From Octopus sinensis (taxonomy: Eukaryota): a stretch of 64,000 bases of DNA. The stretch is from positions 20,398,001-20,462,000 of the forward strand of contig NC_043023.1 in assembly GCF_006345805.1 (NCBI RefSeq). The letters are read 5' to 3'. The notes beneath the pieces were generated by a model. That model was not told the DNA's origin. It saw only the letters and a program-made list of their open reading frames with translations, and did not search any database. The first letter of the stretch is position 1, and every line of letters starts with the position of its first letter. Below, in pieces: positions 12,343-25,200 of this stretch. The position numbers and the translations under genes were made by a program.

Positions 12343-13273
12343 GTAAGTACCACCAGCGAGGTACCGTCTCTGCGTACCTTTTTACCTATATCTTTACTAC
12401 CCACAAGGGGCTAAACACAGAGGGGACAAACAAGGACAGACAAACGGATTAAGTCGATTACATTGACCCCAGTACATAACTGGTACTTAATTTATCGACC
12501 CCGAAAGGATGAAAGGCAAAGTCGACCACGGCAGAATTTGAACTCAGAACGCAGCGGGGGATGAAATACCGCTAAGCATTTCGCCCGGCGTGCTAACCAC
12601 TCTGCCAGCTCGCATACCTTTTTACCTTTTACGTTTGTTTCAGCGATTAGACTGTGGCCATGCTGTAGCAATGCCTTGAATTTTTAGTCAAATGAATCAA
12701 TCCTAGCAATTATTATTTTTCAGTATGTTTTGCTGAACTGCTCAGTTATGGGGGATGTAAACACACCGACACCGGTTGTCAAGTCTTGGCGGTGAACAGA
12801 CACAAATACATACATACAAACATAGGCACCTGTTTTAGTGCAGGTGCATGGCTCAGTGGTTAGGATGTTGTGCTCACAGTTGCGAGATCGTGGGTTCAAT
12901 TCCCAGTCTGGGCATTGCATTGTGTTCTTGAGCAAGCACCTCATTACACGTTGCTCTGCAATCTTTTCGCCATCTGACCTGTGTCACCTGTACAGGTAAT
13001 GTCAATTTGGTGGCAGGTATAAGCTTATTTGTACACAAACGTTTCATATGTGCATCTCTGATTATGCGCAGAAGCAGTGGGGGGGGGGATGGCATCATAG
13101 CCGTGTGTTGAGAGGGATTCACCTCTGGAAACATGGGTGTTTCGTTCAACATCCCTAAGCAACTCTTATTTCAGGGACCTTTTGAGCGGGATGGGCTACA
13201 CAACCTGAAGAAAATTCTTACTGGGCCCCACTTGCAAGGTCATACATTGTTTATCTTGATATAAGATCACCAT

Positions 13274-13775
13274 TATTTACATTTGACGGATATTTGTCCT
13301 CATCTTGTTTGTTATTAACACAACATTTCAGCTGATATACCTTCCAGCCTTCATCAGGTGTCTTGGGGAAATTTCGAACCTGGGTTCTCATTCCTAAGGT
13401 ATTCTTTGTTGTTGTTGTTATTATTATCATTATTATTAAGGTCACTGCCTGGAATCAAACTTGGAATCTTAGGGTTAGCAGCCTGTGCTCTTAACCACTA
13501 CGCCATATGCCCACGGACATATGGCATAGTGGTTAAGAGCGCAGGCTACTAACCCCAAGATTCCGAGTTCGATTCCAGGCAGTGACCTTAATAATAATAA
13601 CGACATCGAAAAATACCTTAGGAATGAGAACCCAGGTTCGAAATTTCCCCAAGACACCTGATGAAGGCTGGAGGGTATATCAGCTGAAATATTGTGTTAA
13701 CAACAATCAAGATGAGGACAAATATCCGTCAAATGTAAATAATGTAAATAATTCCTCATCTCTTAAATACGGAAC
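13274..13775. mobile_element. Head-to-head palindromic tRNA-headed element with Penelope-like hammerhead-bearing tails and a 14-bp TSD
   Basis: Left arm 13274-13512 is the reverse complement of right arm 13515-13741. The right arm has a 34-nt extension. TSD tataagatcaccat at 13260-13273 and 13776-13789. Confidence 0.9.
13653..13698 (+). ncRNA. Minimal type-I hammerhead ribozyme motif
   Basis: GACAC-CUGAUGA-A-GGCUG...CAGCU-GAAA-U-AUU-GUGUU. The mirror copy is on the minus strand at 13317-13362. Confidence 0.65.
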
Positions 13776-13979
13776 TATAAGATCACCATGTCTCGCACAT
13801 ATGGTTGTGATGCATGTGCCTGGTGTACCCTTATCAGACGGGTGGTCATGATGGGTATATTGGGCTTCATATATTTGTACCCCAGTGTCACTCTGATGGC
13901 ATGCGCTGCTCTCTCACTCAATAATAATAATAATAATTATTATTCTAATAATGGTAATTGCCATGTGTCTCGTTTACAG

Positions 13980-14095
13980 ATTATCAATACGGAATTAGGT
14001 TGTCAAGCAATGGTAAAGTCCTTATCACGTTTAACGCTCGGAACGACCACGATCGGCAGAAGTTTGTCGAAGACCTCAAAGAAGCTATCCTTGAG
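13980..14095 (+). CDS. IQSEC: IQSEC exon (PH domain end)
   Basis: tttacag| acceptor and GAG|gtaagc donor. C+AT=His then YQYGIRLSSNGKVLITFNARNDHDRQKFVEDLKEAILE. Phase 1 to 0. Confidence 0.95.
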
Positions 14096-14202
14096 GTAAG
14101 CAGGTTTACCCTTCCTTCTTTCCTGTTTTTCTTTGTCTGTCTGTGTGTCTCTTGATGTTTTTGTTCTTATCATTAATCATTTGAAATCAGCTGTAAGTCG
14201 TC

Positions 14203-14755
14203 ATCATCATCATCATCATTTAACGTCCGTTTTCCATGCTAGCATGGGTTGGATGGTTCGGCCGGGGATCTGGGAAGCCAGGAGGCTGCATTAGGCTCCA
14301 GTCTGATCTGGCAGAGTTTCTACGGCTGGATGCCCTTCCTAACGCCAACCACTCCGAGAGTGTAGTGGGTGATTTTTACATGCCACCGGCACAGGTGCCA
14401 GGCGAGGCTGGCAACGGCCACGGTCGGATTGGTGCTTTTTACGTGCCACCGGCACAGGTGCCAGGCGAGGTTGGCAACGGCCACGATTGGTTGGTGCATC
14501 TTACGTGCCACCGGCACAGGTGCCAGGCGAGGCTGGCAACGCCACGATCGGTTGGTGCTTTTTACGTGCCAGGTGAGGCTGGCAACGGCCACGATCGGTT
14601 GGTGCTTTTTACGTGCCAGGTGAGGCTGGCAACGGCCATGATCGGTTGGTGCTTTTTACGACCTACCGGCACAGGTGCCAGGCGGGGCTGGCAATGACCA
14701 CGATCGGTTGGTGCTTTTTACATGACACCGGCACGGGGGCCAATCAAGGCGGTGT
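14203..14755 (-). mobile_element. Family B retroposon copy with internal tandem gtgccaccggcac modules
   Basis: (cat)n-ttaacgtccgttttccatgctagcatgggttggatgg...ggatgcccttcctaacgccaacc. Other minus-strand copies at about 4310-4545, 7130-7420, 15036-15440, 15930-16285, 19455-19812, 23178-23512, 34246-34720, 48996-49372 and 51610-51888. Confidence 0.85.
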
Positions 14756-15439
14756 TCACCGACTCTAATCCAGTCTGGCACCGGGTACACACTCAGGAAT
14801 AAGACACCTGGTGTTTATCACAGATCGAATTGATTAGAACATGGGGTAGATGGGAATATTGTAGATAAATACGGAAGTGATGACTGGTTCTAATCCACCC
14901 TGGTACTTTGTACACATCCAGGGGCAAAATATCTGATGACCATCATTGATCAAGCTGATTGATTTTTTTTTTTCTCTTTTTTATGAAATGAATTGACATC
15001 TGTGGCCACTGAGAAAGTGCTTATCACAGTTGGTCATCATCATCATCATCATTTAACATCCACTTTCCATGCTGGCATGGGTTGGACGGTTTGCACCAGA
15101 TTCTGATTAGATTTGACAAGGTTTCTATGGCCAGATGCCCTTCCTGATGCCAACCACTCCGAGAATATAGTGGGTGTTTTTTAAGTGCCACCTGCACAGG
15201 TGCTAGGGGGCTGGCTTCGACCACAATCAGTTGGTGCTTTTTACGTGCCACCAGCACAGAAGCCGGTCAAGGCTGCACTGGCATCGGCCACATTCGGACA
15301 GTGATTCTTACGTGCCACCAGCACGGGGATCACAACTACAATTTCCATTTGATTTTGATGTCCTTGACTCAGTAGGTCTCCTCAAGCACAGCATGTCACC
15401 CTGCAATCCAAGTTACTTTTGAGGGGGCTGGTTATGGAT

Positions 15440-15681
15440 CATTGATTCTCAACAGAGGTCCATGCAACCCTTAGGGGTCTATATAAGATTGTTGCTGTTA
15501 AAGTTTAGGTGCAATCAATTGCTTAAACTCCAATGCACAAAATATTTTTTAAATTGTTTCTTTCATACAATTCAGAACAATAATTAATTCTAAAAATATT
15601 GTTCTTTTTTAATATGAGGGCCCAATTGAGTAAAACAGGTATGAAAGGGGCCCATGGGCAAAGAAGGGTTGAGGACCACTG
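15440..15681. mobile_element. hAT-like MITE; second copy at 22544-22790
   Basis: Termini cattgattctcaac / gttgaggaccactg. Both copies share flanking sequence. Confidence 0.7.
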
Positions 15682-16127
15682 AGTTAGATGCGAATACTGT
15701 TTTAAAAAAATATCTTTTCTTCCGTCTGACGTTATTCTTTTATGCCTTTCAACCCAAAGGTTGTGGCCATGCTAGGGCACCGCCTATGTTACCTTTTCAA
15801 TGACCATTCTTATGTAATTGGGTTTTGGAGAAGGAAAGGGTTCAATACTGCTGACCCCTTTCGAGCTGCTTGCCATAGTATGGGCTTGTCTGGGGTTTTT
15901 TATAGTAGGGGGTCAAGTTCATTATCATTTATTATCTGTTGTCCATGCTGGCATGGGTTGGATGGTTTGACCAGGGCTGGCAAGCTGGAAGGCTGTACCA
16001 GACCCCTGTCATATTTAGTATGGTTTCTGTGGCTGGATGCCCTTCCTAATGCCAACCACTCCATGGGTATGAGGTGCTTTTACATACCACCAGCACGGGT
16101 GCCATTTGTGAGACACCAGTGTCTGAC

Positions 16128-16258
16128 CCGACTGATTTTGCTTGGCTTGATGGGTCAACCCGACTGTGATTTTGCTTGGCTTGATGGGTCAACCCGACTG
16201 TGATTTTGCTTGGCTTGATGGGTCAACCCGACTGTGATTTTGCTTGGCTTGATGGGTC
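16128..16258 (+). repeat. 34-bp tandem repeat (4 copies)
   Basis: ccgactgtgattttgcttggcttgatgggtcaac. Confidence 0.9.
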
Positions 16259-16362
16259 TTCTTCTCAAGCATAACATAATACCAATGGTTTCAGTCATTG
16301 CCTCCATGAGGCCCAACACTTGAAGTTTTTTCTTGAAAACTTCTATTCCATATGATTCTTGG

Positions 16363-16558
16363 ATATTAAACAGCCATGGACCAGGTATTAAACAGCCATG
16401 GGCCAGGTATTAAATAGCCATGGGCCAGGTATTAAACAGCCATGGGCCAGGTATTAAATAGCCATGGGCCAGGTATTAAACAGCCATGGGCCAGGTATTA
16501 AACAGCCATGGGCCAGGTATTAAATAGCCATGGGCCAGGTATTAAACAGCCATGGGCC
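16363..16558 (+). repeat. 22-bp tandem repeat (about 9 copies)
   Basis: gccaggtattaaacagccatgg. Confidence 0.9.
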
Positions 16559-16653
16559 TTTGAGTCCCAAGTTATTGCAGTATATCAATATATCGTTAAA
16601 GAAACCACCGTCCGCCATCTTTCACTTCATTCTTCCTTTCTGTTCTCTTGCAG

Positions 16654-16852
16654 ACGACCGGATTAGAGAGTTTGCGTATTGAGGAGGAGTTACAACGGCA
16701 CCGTGCCACTCGGAACACAATCGACGACGACTCGCGAGTGCTGATCTATGATGTGCTGAAACCGTCGGAGCCCGCGGTAAATAGACTATCTGCTCCTGAG
16801 TGTGGTATCAAGAAGTCTTCTTTGTCAAGTTCTCTACTAGATATTTGTGAAG
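16654..16852 (+). CDS. IQSEC: IQSEC exon (post-PH coiled-coil and Ser-rich segment)
   Basis: Long pyrimidine tract ttgcag| and G|gtatgc donor. TTGLESLRIEEELQRHR...GIKKSSLSSSLLDICE, resembling RIE.ELE and LKRSALSSSLRDLSE of vertebrate IQSECs. Phase 0 to 1. Confidence 0.92.
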
Positions 16853-17335
16853 GTATGCATGGCCTGGTTGTCAACACCTGCCTTCCTTCCTTCCTTCCTT
16901 CCTACCTACCTTCCTACCTGCCAACCCACCTTTTCAACCCCACCGGCACTGTCACCAACCACCACCACCACCACCACCACCATCATCACCTCTCACCTCC
17001 GCTCCTCAATCTACCACTACTACTATCACCACCACCACTACTACTACTACTGCTGCTGCTACTACTACAACTACTACTACTATCATCCCCCACCACAAAC
17101 TTCAGTCTCTTTCTCCCACCCCCTCCTGCCCCTTTCCCTCTCCTCATCCTTCTCTCTTATTCACCATTGTTACCTTTTACTCCAAACGCTACTACTACTA
17201 TTATTACAACTACTATTCCCATTGCTGCTGCTACTACTACTACTACCATTTCTATGTTGTCTACTACTACCACTACTACTATCTCTACTACAGCTTCTAC
17301 TACTACTACTACTCTTATTGCTACTCTTACAGCTC

Positions 17336-17371
<36 letters not shown>

Positions 17372-18224
17372 TGCACTCTCTACCCTCTTCCTCTTACCTT
17401 CCCTTCCCTTTTCAATCTACTACAACTACTCCCCCTCTCCTCTCCCTTTGGCACCGGCCACCACTTCTGCTCAACAGCTCCTCTTCCCACCAACACTACA
17501 CAGCCAATACTAAAATCCACTTGATGTCAGTCTCTCTCTCTCTTTAATTAAGGCGGCGATCTGGCAGAAACGTTACCATGCCAGGCGAAATGCTTTGCGG
17601 TATTTCGTCCACTGCTACGTTGTGAGTTCAAATTCCACCGAGGTCAACTTTGCCTTTTATCCTTTCGGGGTCGATAAATTAAGTACCAGTTACATTCTGG
17701 GGTTGATCTAATCGACTGGCCCCTCCCCTAAAATTTCAGGCCTTTTGCCTAGAGTAGAAAAGTTTCTCTCTTTAATTGCTTGATTTCCTAGAAATAGCAA
17801 CCAGATTTCCTTTACATCACATATTACTGTCTTGAAATAAAGATGGGATGGTCACAACTGGAATGTCTTTGATCATAGCTCTGTCTGGACCAGGTCTGAC
17901 ATGGGGCTAAACAACAACTGTAGCCACAAATCCTATCGAATCCACTCACAAGGCTTTTAGTTGCCCAAGGTGCCATGCAGTGGGACTGAACCCAGAACTA
18001 TGTTGTTGGGGAGCAAACTTCTTAACCACACAGCTGCACCCGTGTCTGTATGTGCATTTATCTTTGACACATGAGGACGCAAAAGCCATTTGCTGCAGGG
18101 TTTTGTCTAGGCAAAAGGTCTCATTTTATAAAGTCTGCAATCTCCAAATGACATTTTTATACTACCAGACACCACACACACACACCTCCCTCCCTCTCTC
18201 TATTGTTCAATCTACTACATCATC

Positions 18225-18635
18225 ATCATCATCATCATTGTTCGACCGTGGTCGAGGCAATGGAATTTACTATGTTACGCCAGACCTCACGGTCTATCAT
18301 GGCATCACAGAAGTTCTGTTGCTGGATGCCTGTCTCCCTGGAGATTACATCAGGGTAGGAGAGTGTGCGCCCTCTGGTATTGCGAGTAGATGGCTTCCAG
18401 AGGAGAAGAGTAGAAATTACCTCTTTTTCAGCTCTACAACAATGTCCAGCAAACTGGACTCTCCTACCTTTCACAAGAGATGACACAGGTGGTAGTTTCC
18501 CATACATTTGCATTTTGGTTGGACGACGCCTCCACGAGGGATTTTGAGCTCTTATAAGGAGGCAAGTGTAGGTTCCATCCAACCGCCTCTCAAGTTTCTT
18601 TGATAACGTCCAGGTTTCTGAACCATGTAGTAGAA
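18225..18635 (-). mobile_element. 5'-truncated RTE-clade LINE 3' end
   Basis: DGTYTCLLIRAQNPSW...RVQFAGHCCR...DREVWR...TTVEQ* followed by a (gat)n tail. Confidence 0.88.
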
Positions 18636-18817
18636 TCTACTACAACTACCCCTCTCCACTCCCTTTGTCTTCTGCCACCATTTCTGCAGACTTCATAACA
18701 CATCAAGCAGATCTCCAAGCATCTTTCAACTACCAGACACAATGTCTCGGCATCATTTTACCTCCTCAGTGACAGGTACCACTACAATCAATTGAGCTAC
18801 ACCAACACTTCTGATAT

Positions 18818-19222
18818 ACTCTTTACTCTTTTACTTGTTTCAGTCATTTGACTGCGGCCATGATGGAGCACCGCCTTTAATCGAGCAACTCGACCCCGGG
18901 ACTTATTCTTTTGTAAGCCCAGTACTTATTCTATCGGTCTCTTTTGCCGAACCGCTAAGTTACGGGGGCATAAACAACACACCAGCATCGGTTGTCAAGC
19001 GATGGTGGGGGGACAAACACAGACACACAAACACACACACGCATATATATATATACATATATACGACGGGCTTCTTTCAGTTTCCGTCTACCAAATCCAC
19101 TCACAAGGCATTAGTCGGCCCGAGGCTATAGTAGAAGACACTTGCCCAAGGTGCCATGCAGTGGGACTGAACCCGGAACCATGCGGTTGGTAAACGAGCT
19201 ACTTACCACACAGCCACTCCTG
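18818..19222 (-). mobile_element. Family A SINE
   Basis: Reverse complement of the family A head, core and tail. Confidence 0.85.
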
Positions 19223-20422
19223 TGTGTTGTCTTATTTTCTAATCAACTGGCACCCTCCCCTAAAATTTCAGGCCTTGTGCCTAGAGTAGAAAAGTATCTC
19301 TCTTTAATTGTTTGATTTCCTAGAAATAGCAGCCAAATTTCCCTTAAATCACGTATTACTGTCTTGAAATAAAGATGGGATGGTCACATAATGTCACTGC
19401 CTCCTGTACTCTCTGTACACACTCACAGGCATACATCATCACCATCTGCATCACCACCATCATCATCATCATCGTTTAGCGTCCGCTTTCCATGCTGGCA
19501 TGGGTTGGACGGTTCGACCGGGGATCTGGGAAGCCAGAAGGCTGCACCAGGCTCCAGTCAGATCTGGCAGTGTTTCTACAGCTGGATGCCCTTCCTAACG
19601 CCAACCACTCTGTGAGTGTAGTGGGTGCTTTTTACGTGCCAGGTGAGGCTGGCAACGGCCACAGTCGGATGGTGCTTTTTACGTGCCACCGGCACAGAGG
19701 CCAGGCGAGGCTGGCAACGGCTACGATCGGATGGTGCTTTTTACAAGCCACCTGCACGGGGGCCAGGTGAGGCTGGCAACGGCCACGATCAGTTGGTGCT
19801 TTTTACGTGCCACACACACACACATTCTACTACTACTACTTTTATTGCTACATGGCCTAGTGGTTAGGCTGCTGGACTCGCAACTGCTTGACCATGAGTT
19901 CAATACCCTGACAGGTTGTCGTGTTGTGTTCTTGAGCAAGACACTTCATTTTACACTGCTCTAGTTACCCTTTTCAGTCAAGGGTTAATGATGGCCTAGC
20001 AAGTGGGGTGGTGTCATTTGAAGGCTAAAACAATGCAAAAAAGTGCATTGTGACCAGCGATGTGTAACCACATCTGGTAGCCTGGTTACTCATGTGATCA
20101 CATGATATATATATATATCACATGACCGACCAGACCTTCAGTTGTTGTTAGACATCGCTGGTCACAATGCGTTCACATTGTTTTAGCCTTTTGAATGACG
20201 CCACCCCGCTGGCTAAGCGAGCAGGCCAACAGAGGAAAAAGTGGGAGAAAGAGTGGTGAAAGAGTACAGCAGGGATCACCACCCACTGCCGGAGCCTCGT
20301 GGAGCTTTTAGGTGTTTTCGCTCAATAAACACACACAACGCCCAGTCTGGGAATCGAAACCGCGATCCTGCGACCACGAGTCCACTGCCCTAACCACTAG
20401 GCCATTGTGCCTCCACACATAT

Positions 20423-20640
20423 ATACTCTTTTACTCTTTTACTTGTTTCAGTCATTTGACTGCGGCCATGCTGGAGCACCGCCTTTTAGTCGAGCAAATC
20501 GACCCCGGGACTTATTCTTTGTAAGCCCAGTACTTATTCTATCGGTCTCTTTTTGCCGAACCGCTAAGTTACGGGGACGTAAACACACCAGCATCGGTTG
20601 TCAAGCAATGCTAGGTAGGGGGACAAACACAGACACACAA

Positions 20641-20672
<32 letters not shown>

Positions 20673-20835
20673 CGATAGGCTTCTTTCAGTTTCTGTCTAC
20701 CAAATCCACTCACAAGGCATTGGTTGGCCCGGGGCTATAGCAGAAGACACTTGCCCAAGATGCTACACAGTGGGACTGAACCCGGAACCATGTGGTTGGT
20801 TAGCAAGCTACTTACCACACAGCCACTCCTGCGCC
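20423..20835 (-). mobile_element. Family A SINE
   Basis: Reverse complement, full length. A more diverged copy follows at about 21068-21445. Confidence 0.85.
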
Positions 20836-22212
20836 TATATATATATATATATATAGGGAGAGAGGGCAATAGATCTCAAAGCAAGGCTATAAGCAATAGC
20901 ATGTAAATACTGAAGTAAAAAGACCCTGGGTAATAAAAGTCGAAGGCTCTTGATGGGATTTGAACCTGCATCACCTATAAACATTCCAGCTATTTTACCA
21001 TTGGACCAAAACAATCCTTTCAATTTCTCTATCCATTACACACACACACATATTTTTTTATTTTGTTTTTTACTTGTTTCAGTCATTAGACTGTGGCCAT
21101 GCTGGAGCACTACCTCAAAAAATTTTTAGACAAAATAAATCAACCCCAGGACATTTTTTTTTTTAAAGCCTGGCCCCTTTTCTATTGGTTTCTTTTTTTT
21201 TTTTTTGCTGAACCGCTAAGTTACAGGGACATAAACACACCAACACCGGGTTGTCAAGCGATGGTGGAGGACAAGCACGAACACACACACACACACACAC
21301 ACAACGGGCTTCTTTTCAGTTTCCGTCTACCAAATCCACTCACGAGGCTAGAGTAGAAGACAACTCGCCCCAAGGTGCCACGCAGTGGGACTGAACCCAG
21401 AACCATGTGGTTGGGAAGCCACCTCCTTACCACACAGCCACGCCTACATAACACCACCACCACAGCAGCAGTAGTCACCCCCCTCCTGGGCCAATCCCTT
21501 CCCCACCCATCTATTCTTCTCCAAATGCTTTTTTGTTGTTTTATGTTGCTCTTTTTGTTGTATTCTTTAATTTTTCATTATTTTTATTTTTATTTTTATT
21601 ATTATTATTATCATTCTTTACATTTATAAATTTATTTTAATTGTTTATCATTTTTGTATATTATTTTTATTATAATTATTATTATAATTATTATTATTAT
21701 TATTATTGTTGTTATTATTATTAAGGTGGCAAGATGGCGGAATCGTGAGGACGCTGGGTGAAATGCTTAGCGGTATCCCATCAGTCTTTACGTCCTGAGT
21801 TCAAATTCCACTGGGGTCGACTTTGCCTTTCATCCATTCAGGGTCGATAAATTAAGTACCAGTTGCATTCTAGGATCGATCTAATCGACTGGCCCCGCCT
21901 TCCCCAAAATTTCAGGCCTTGTGCCTAGAGTAAAAAGGATTATTATTATTATTATTACTACTACTACTACTACTACTACTACTATTATTATTATTAAGGC
22001 GGCAAGATGGCAGAATCGTTAGCATGGCAGACAAAATGGTTAGCGATCTTTCGCTTGTCCTTACGTTCTGAGTTCAAATTCCACTGAGGTCGGCTTTGTT
22101 TTTCATTCTTTCGAGGTCGATAAATTAAGTACCAGTTGTGCACTGGAGTCGATATGATTAATTAGTCCCCTCTCCCAAAATTGCTGCCTTTGTGACAAAA
22201 GTTGATACCATT

Positions 22213-23594
22213 ATTACCTCCGCCTTAACGAAGGCAAAGGTATTGTTTACAGTTGTATTTGTTCATTGGCTTGTTTGTCCGTGGACAAGATATCTCAAGA
22301 ACTGTGGGATGGATTTAGATGAAACTTTCTGAGATGTTTGGCCTCATGACTGGCACAAACTGATTAGAATTTGGTATCAATCCGGTACTGGACAGGGATT
22401 CTGGATTATTTTTCTGTTTTCTTTTAATTTTTGAGAGCGATCAGGTTCGTTTATGATTTTGATGTCCTTGACTCAATAGGTCTCCTCAAGCACAGCATGT
22501 CACCCTACGATCCAAGTTACTTTTGAGGGGGCTGGTTATGGACCGGTGATTCTCAACAGAGGTCCATGCATCCCTTGGGTGGGGGGTCTATGTAAGATTG
22601 TTGCTGTTAGCGTTTAGGTGCAATCAATTGCTTAAACTCCAATGCACAAAATATTTTTTTAATTGTTTCTTTCATACAATTCAGAACAATATTTAATTCT
22701 AAAAATATTGTTCTTTTTTAATATGAGGGCCCAGTTGAGTAAAACAGGTATGAAAGGGGCCCGTGGGCAAATAAGGGTTGAGGACAACTGTGATAGATGC
22801 GAATAGTCGGGGCAGCGCTGGCAGCGGCCACATTCGGATGGTTCTTTTACGTGCCACCGGCACAGGTACCACAACTACAATTTCCATTGACTTTTGAGCG
22901 ATTTTGATTCCAATTTCTCTTGCCTCAACATGTCTTTAAAAAAATATCTTTTCCATCTGACGTTATTCTTTTATGCCTTTCAACCCAAAGGTTGTGGCCA
23001 TGCTAGGGCACCGCCTGTGTTACCTTTTCAATGACCAGTCTTATGTGATTGGTTTTTGGTCAAGGAAAGAGTTCAATACTGCTGACCCCTTTTGAGTTGC
23101 TTGCCATAATATGGGCTTATCAGGTTCATTTTTAGTATTCTTGTTTGTGAGGGCAGTCGAGTTTATTTGAGATATTCTCATCATCATTTAATGTCTGCTT
23201 TCCGTGCTGGCATGGATTGGACGGTTTGACTGGGCTGGCAAACCAGATGGCTGCACCAGGCCTCCAGTCTGATCTGGCAGTGTTTCTACGGCTGGATGCC
23301 CTTCCTAACGCCAACCACTCCGAGAGTGTAGTGGGTGCTTTTACGTGCCACTGGCATGGAGGCCAGTCAGGCAGTACTGGCAACGACCTCGCTCAAATTT
23401 TTTACACATGCCAATGGCACAGGTGCCAGTAAGGCGATGCTGGTAACGACCCCGCTCGAATGGTGCCTCCTACATGCCACCGGCACGGAAGCCAGTTAGC
23501 CGCTCTGGCCATTTTAAAAGAATCACCTCCGGCTAATCATTGACAGGAATTTGGTGTTGCCTTAGCGGAGGTTTGCACTCTCTGAGTGCTTCTT
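22213..23594 (+). mobile_element. Helentron-associated (HINE/DINE-like) element with internal cargo
   Basis: 5' subterminal acctccgccttaa, 3' ccttagcggaggt, terminal hairpin gcactc-tct-gagtgc at 23575-23589. Confidence 0.6.
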
Positions 23595-23895
23595 ATTATT
23601 GTCATTATCGTTAAGGTAGCAACCTGGCAGAATCGTTAGCAAGCCAGGTAACACGCTTAGCGGCATTTCATCCATCTTTATATTCTGAGTTCAAATTCTG
23701 CCAAAGTCGAATTTGCCTTTCATCCTTTCGGGGAGGGGGGGAGGGGGGTCAATAAATTAAGTACCAGTTACGCACTGGGGTTAATGAAACCGACTAGCCC
23801 CCCTCTCCCCGCAAATGTCAGGCCTTGTGCCTTTATTAAAAAGGATTATTTTAATTATCCATAAATTATTTTTTCGGTATTCTAATTATTTTTGT

Positions 23896-23927
<32 letters not shown>

Positions 23928-24862
23928 TATGATTTATTAATTTAATTTATAATTAAGTTTCCCTCGTTAGCTTAATTTTCGTTTTTCCTTTTTGTTTGTA
24001 ATTATTTCGAAATTTTGATTTGTTTTTTAATATATTTTTGTTGTTTGTGTTTTTTGTTGTGTTCGTGTTCCAAGTTCATCCTCTCCCGCACATCACACAC
24101 ACACACACCCACACACGCTCACACATGTTGTTGTTGCTGTTGTTGTTGTCGTTGTTGTTGTCATCATTCACCACAATTTCCTCCCATCACTCATCTCAAT
24201 CGACTTCACTCACACCTGCCTCTATTTTCATTTTGGACCTGCTCCCTACACAGACACACACACATACAGACACGCGCACACACACACACAGACACAGACA
24301 CACACATTCATACACACACAAACATACTGACACACACACCCACACACATAGATACACGCAGGCACACACACACACACTCAGACACACACACACACACAGA
24401 CACACACACATAGATACACACAGGCACACCACACACACACACACACATAGAGACACACACACACATAGATACACACAGGCACACACACACACACACACAG
24501 ATACACACAGACACACACACACAGACGCACACACGCATACACACACAGACACACACACACACACACTTCCTTGTCACCGTCCCCACTCTTCCCAGCCCCT
24601 TCCACATATCTGCCACCCCCACCTCCTCCAGTTTACAAACTATACAATGGTGGTGGTGGCGGTGATGGTGGTTTCCATCGTAGTGTGTGAAAATGCAGTT
24701 GATGTCCCTGTGTGTGTGTCCCCTTCTGTTTGTTGGGGGGTGGGGACCTTTATGAGACACAAGAATTTTCATTCCCTACAAACACCCTCCATCCCCAATG
24801 CATTCCCCCCCGCCAATCCTCCCCCTTACTCCTATCTCGAAGCAACATGTGCCCTTTGTCAG

Positions 24863-25200
24863 GTGCAGAGCATGGCTGTGTGGTAAGAAGCCTACCTCCC
24901 AACCACAGGACTCCGGGTTCAGTCCCACTGCGTGGCACCTTGGGCAAGTGTCTTCTACTATAGCCTCAGGTTGACCAAAACCGTGAGTGGATTTGGTAGA
25001 CGGAAACTGAAAGAAGCCCGTCATATATATGTATATAGGTGCAGGAGTGGCTGTGTGGTAAGTAGCTTGCTTACCAACCACATGGTTCCGGGTTCAGTCC
25101 CACTGCGTGGCACCTTGGGCAAGTGTCTTCTACTATAGCCTCAGGTTGACCAAAACCTTGTGGGCGGATTTGGTAGACGGAAACTGAAAGAAGCCCGTTG
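24863..25200 (+). mobile_element. Two tandem family A SINE 5' halves
   Basis: Head plus CORE module repeated across a (ta)n spacer. Confidence 0.8.

Larger units (their letters stand above)
12840..13920 (+). mobile_element. tRNA-headed SINE interrupted by the palindromic element at 13274-13775
   Basis: Head gcatggctcagtggttagg...gggttcaattccc. The body resumes after the TSD at 13790. Confidence 0.7.

Noticed and set aside
13440-13590. tRNA genes in the SINE heads (also 12845, 26750, 30480)
   Set aside because: A and B boxes are present, but there is no complete cloverleaf or acceptor stem and each continues into a repeat body.
16853-17547. Continuation of the 299-aa ORF past the exon donor
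   Set aside because: Trinucleotide low-complexity intron after a canonical gtatgc donor.
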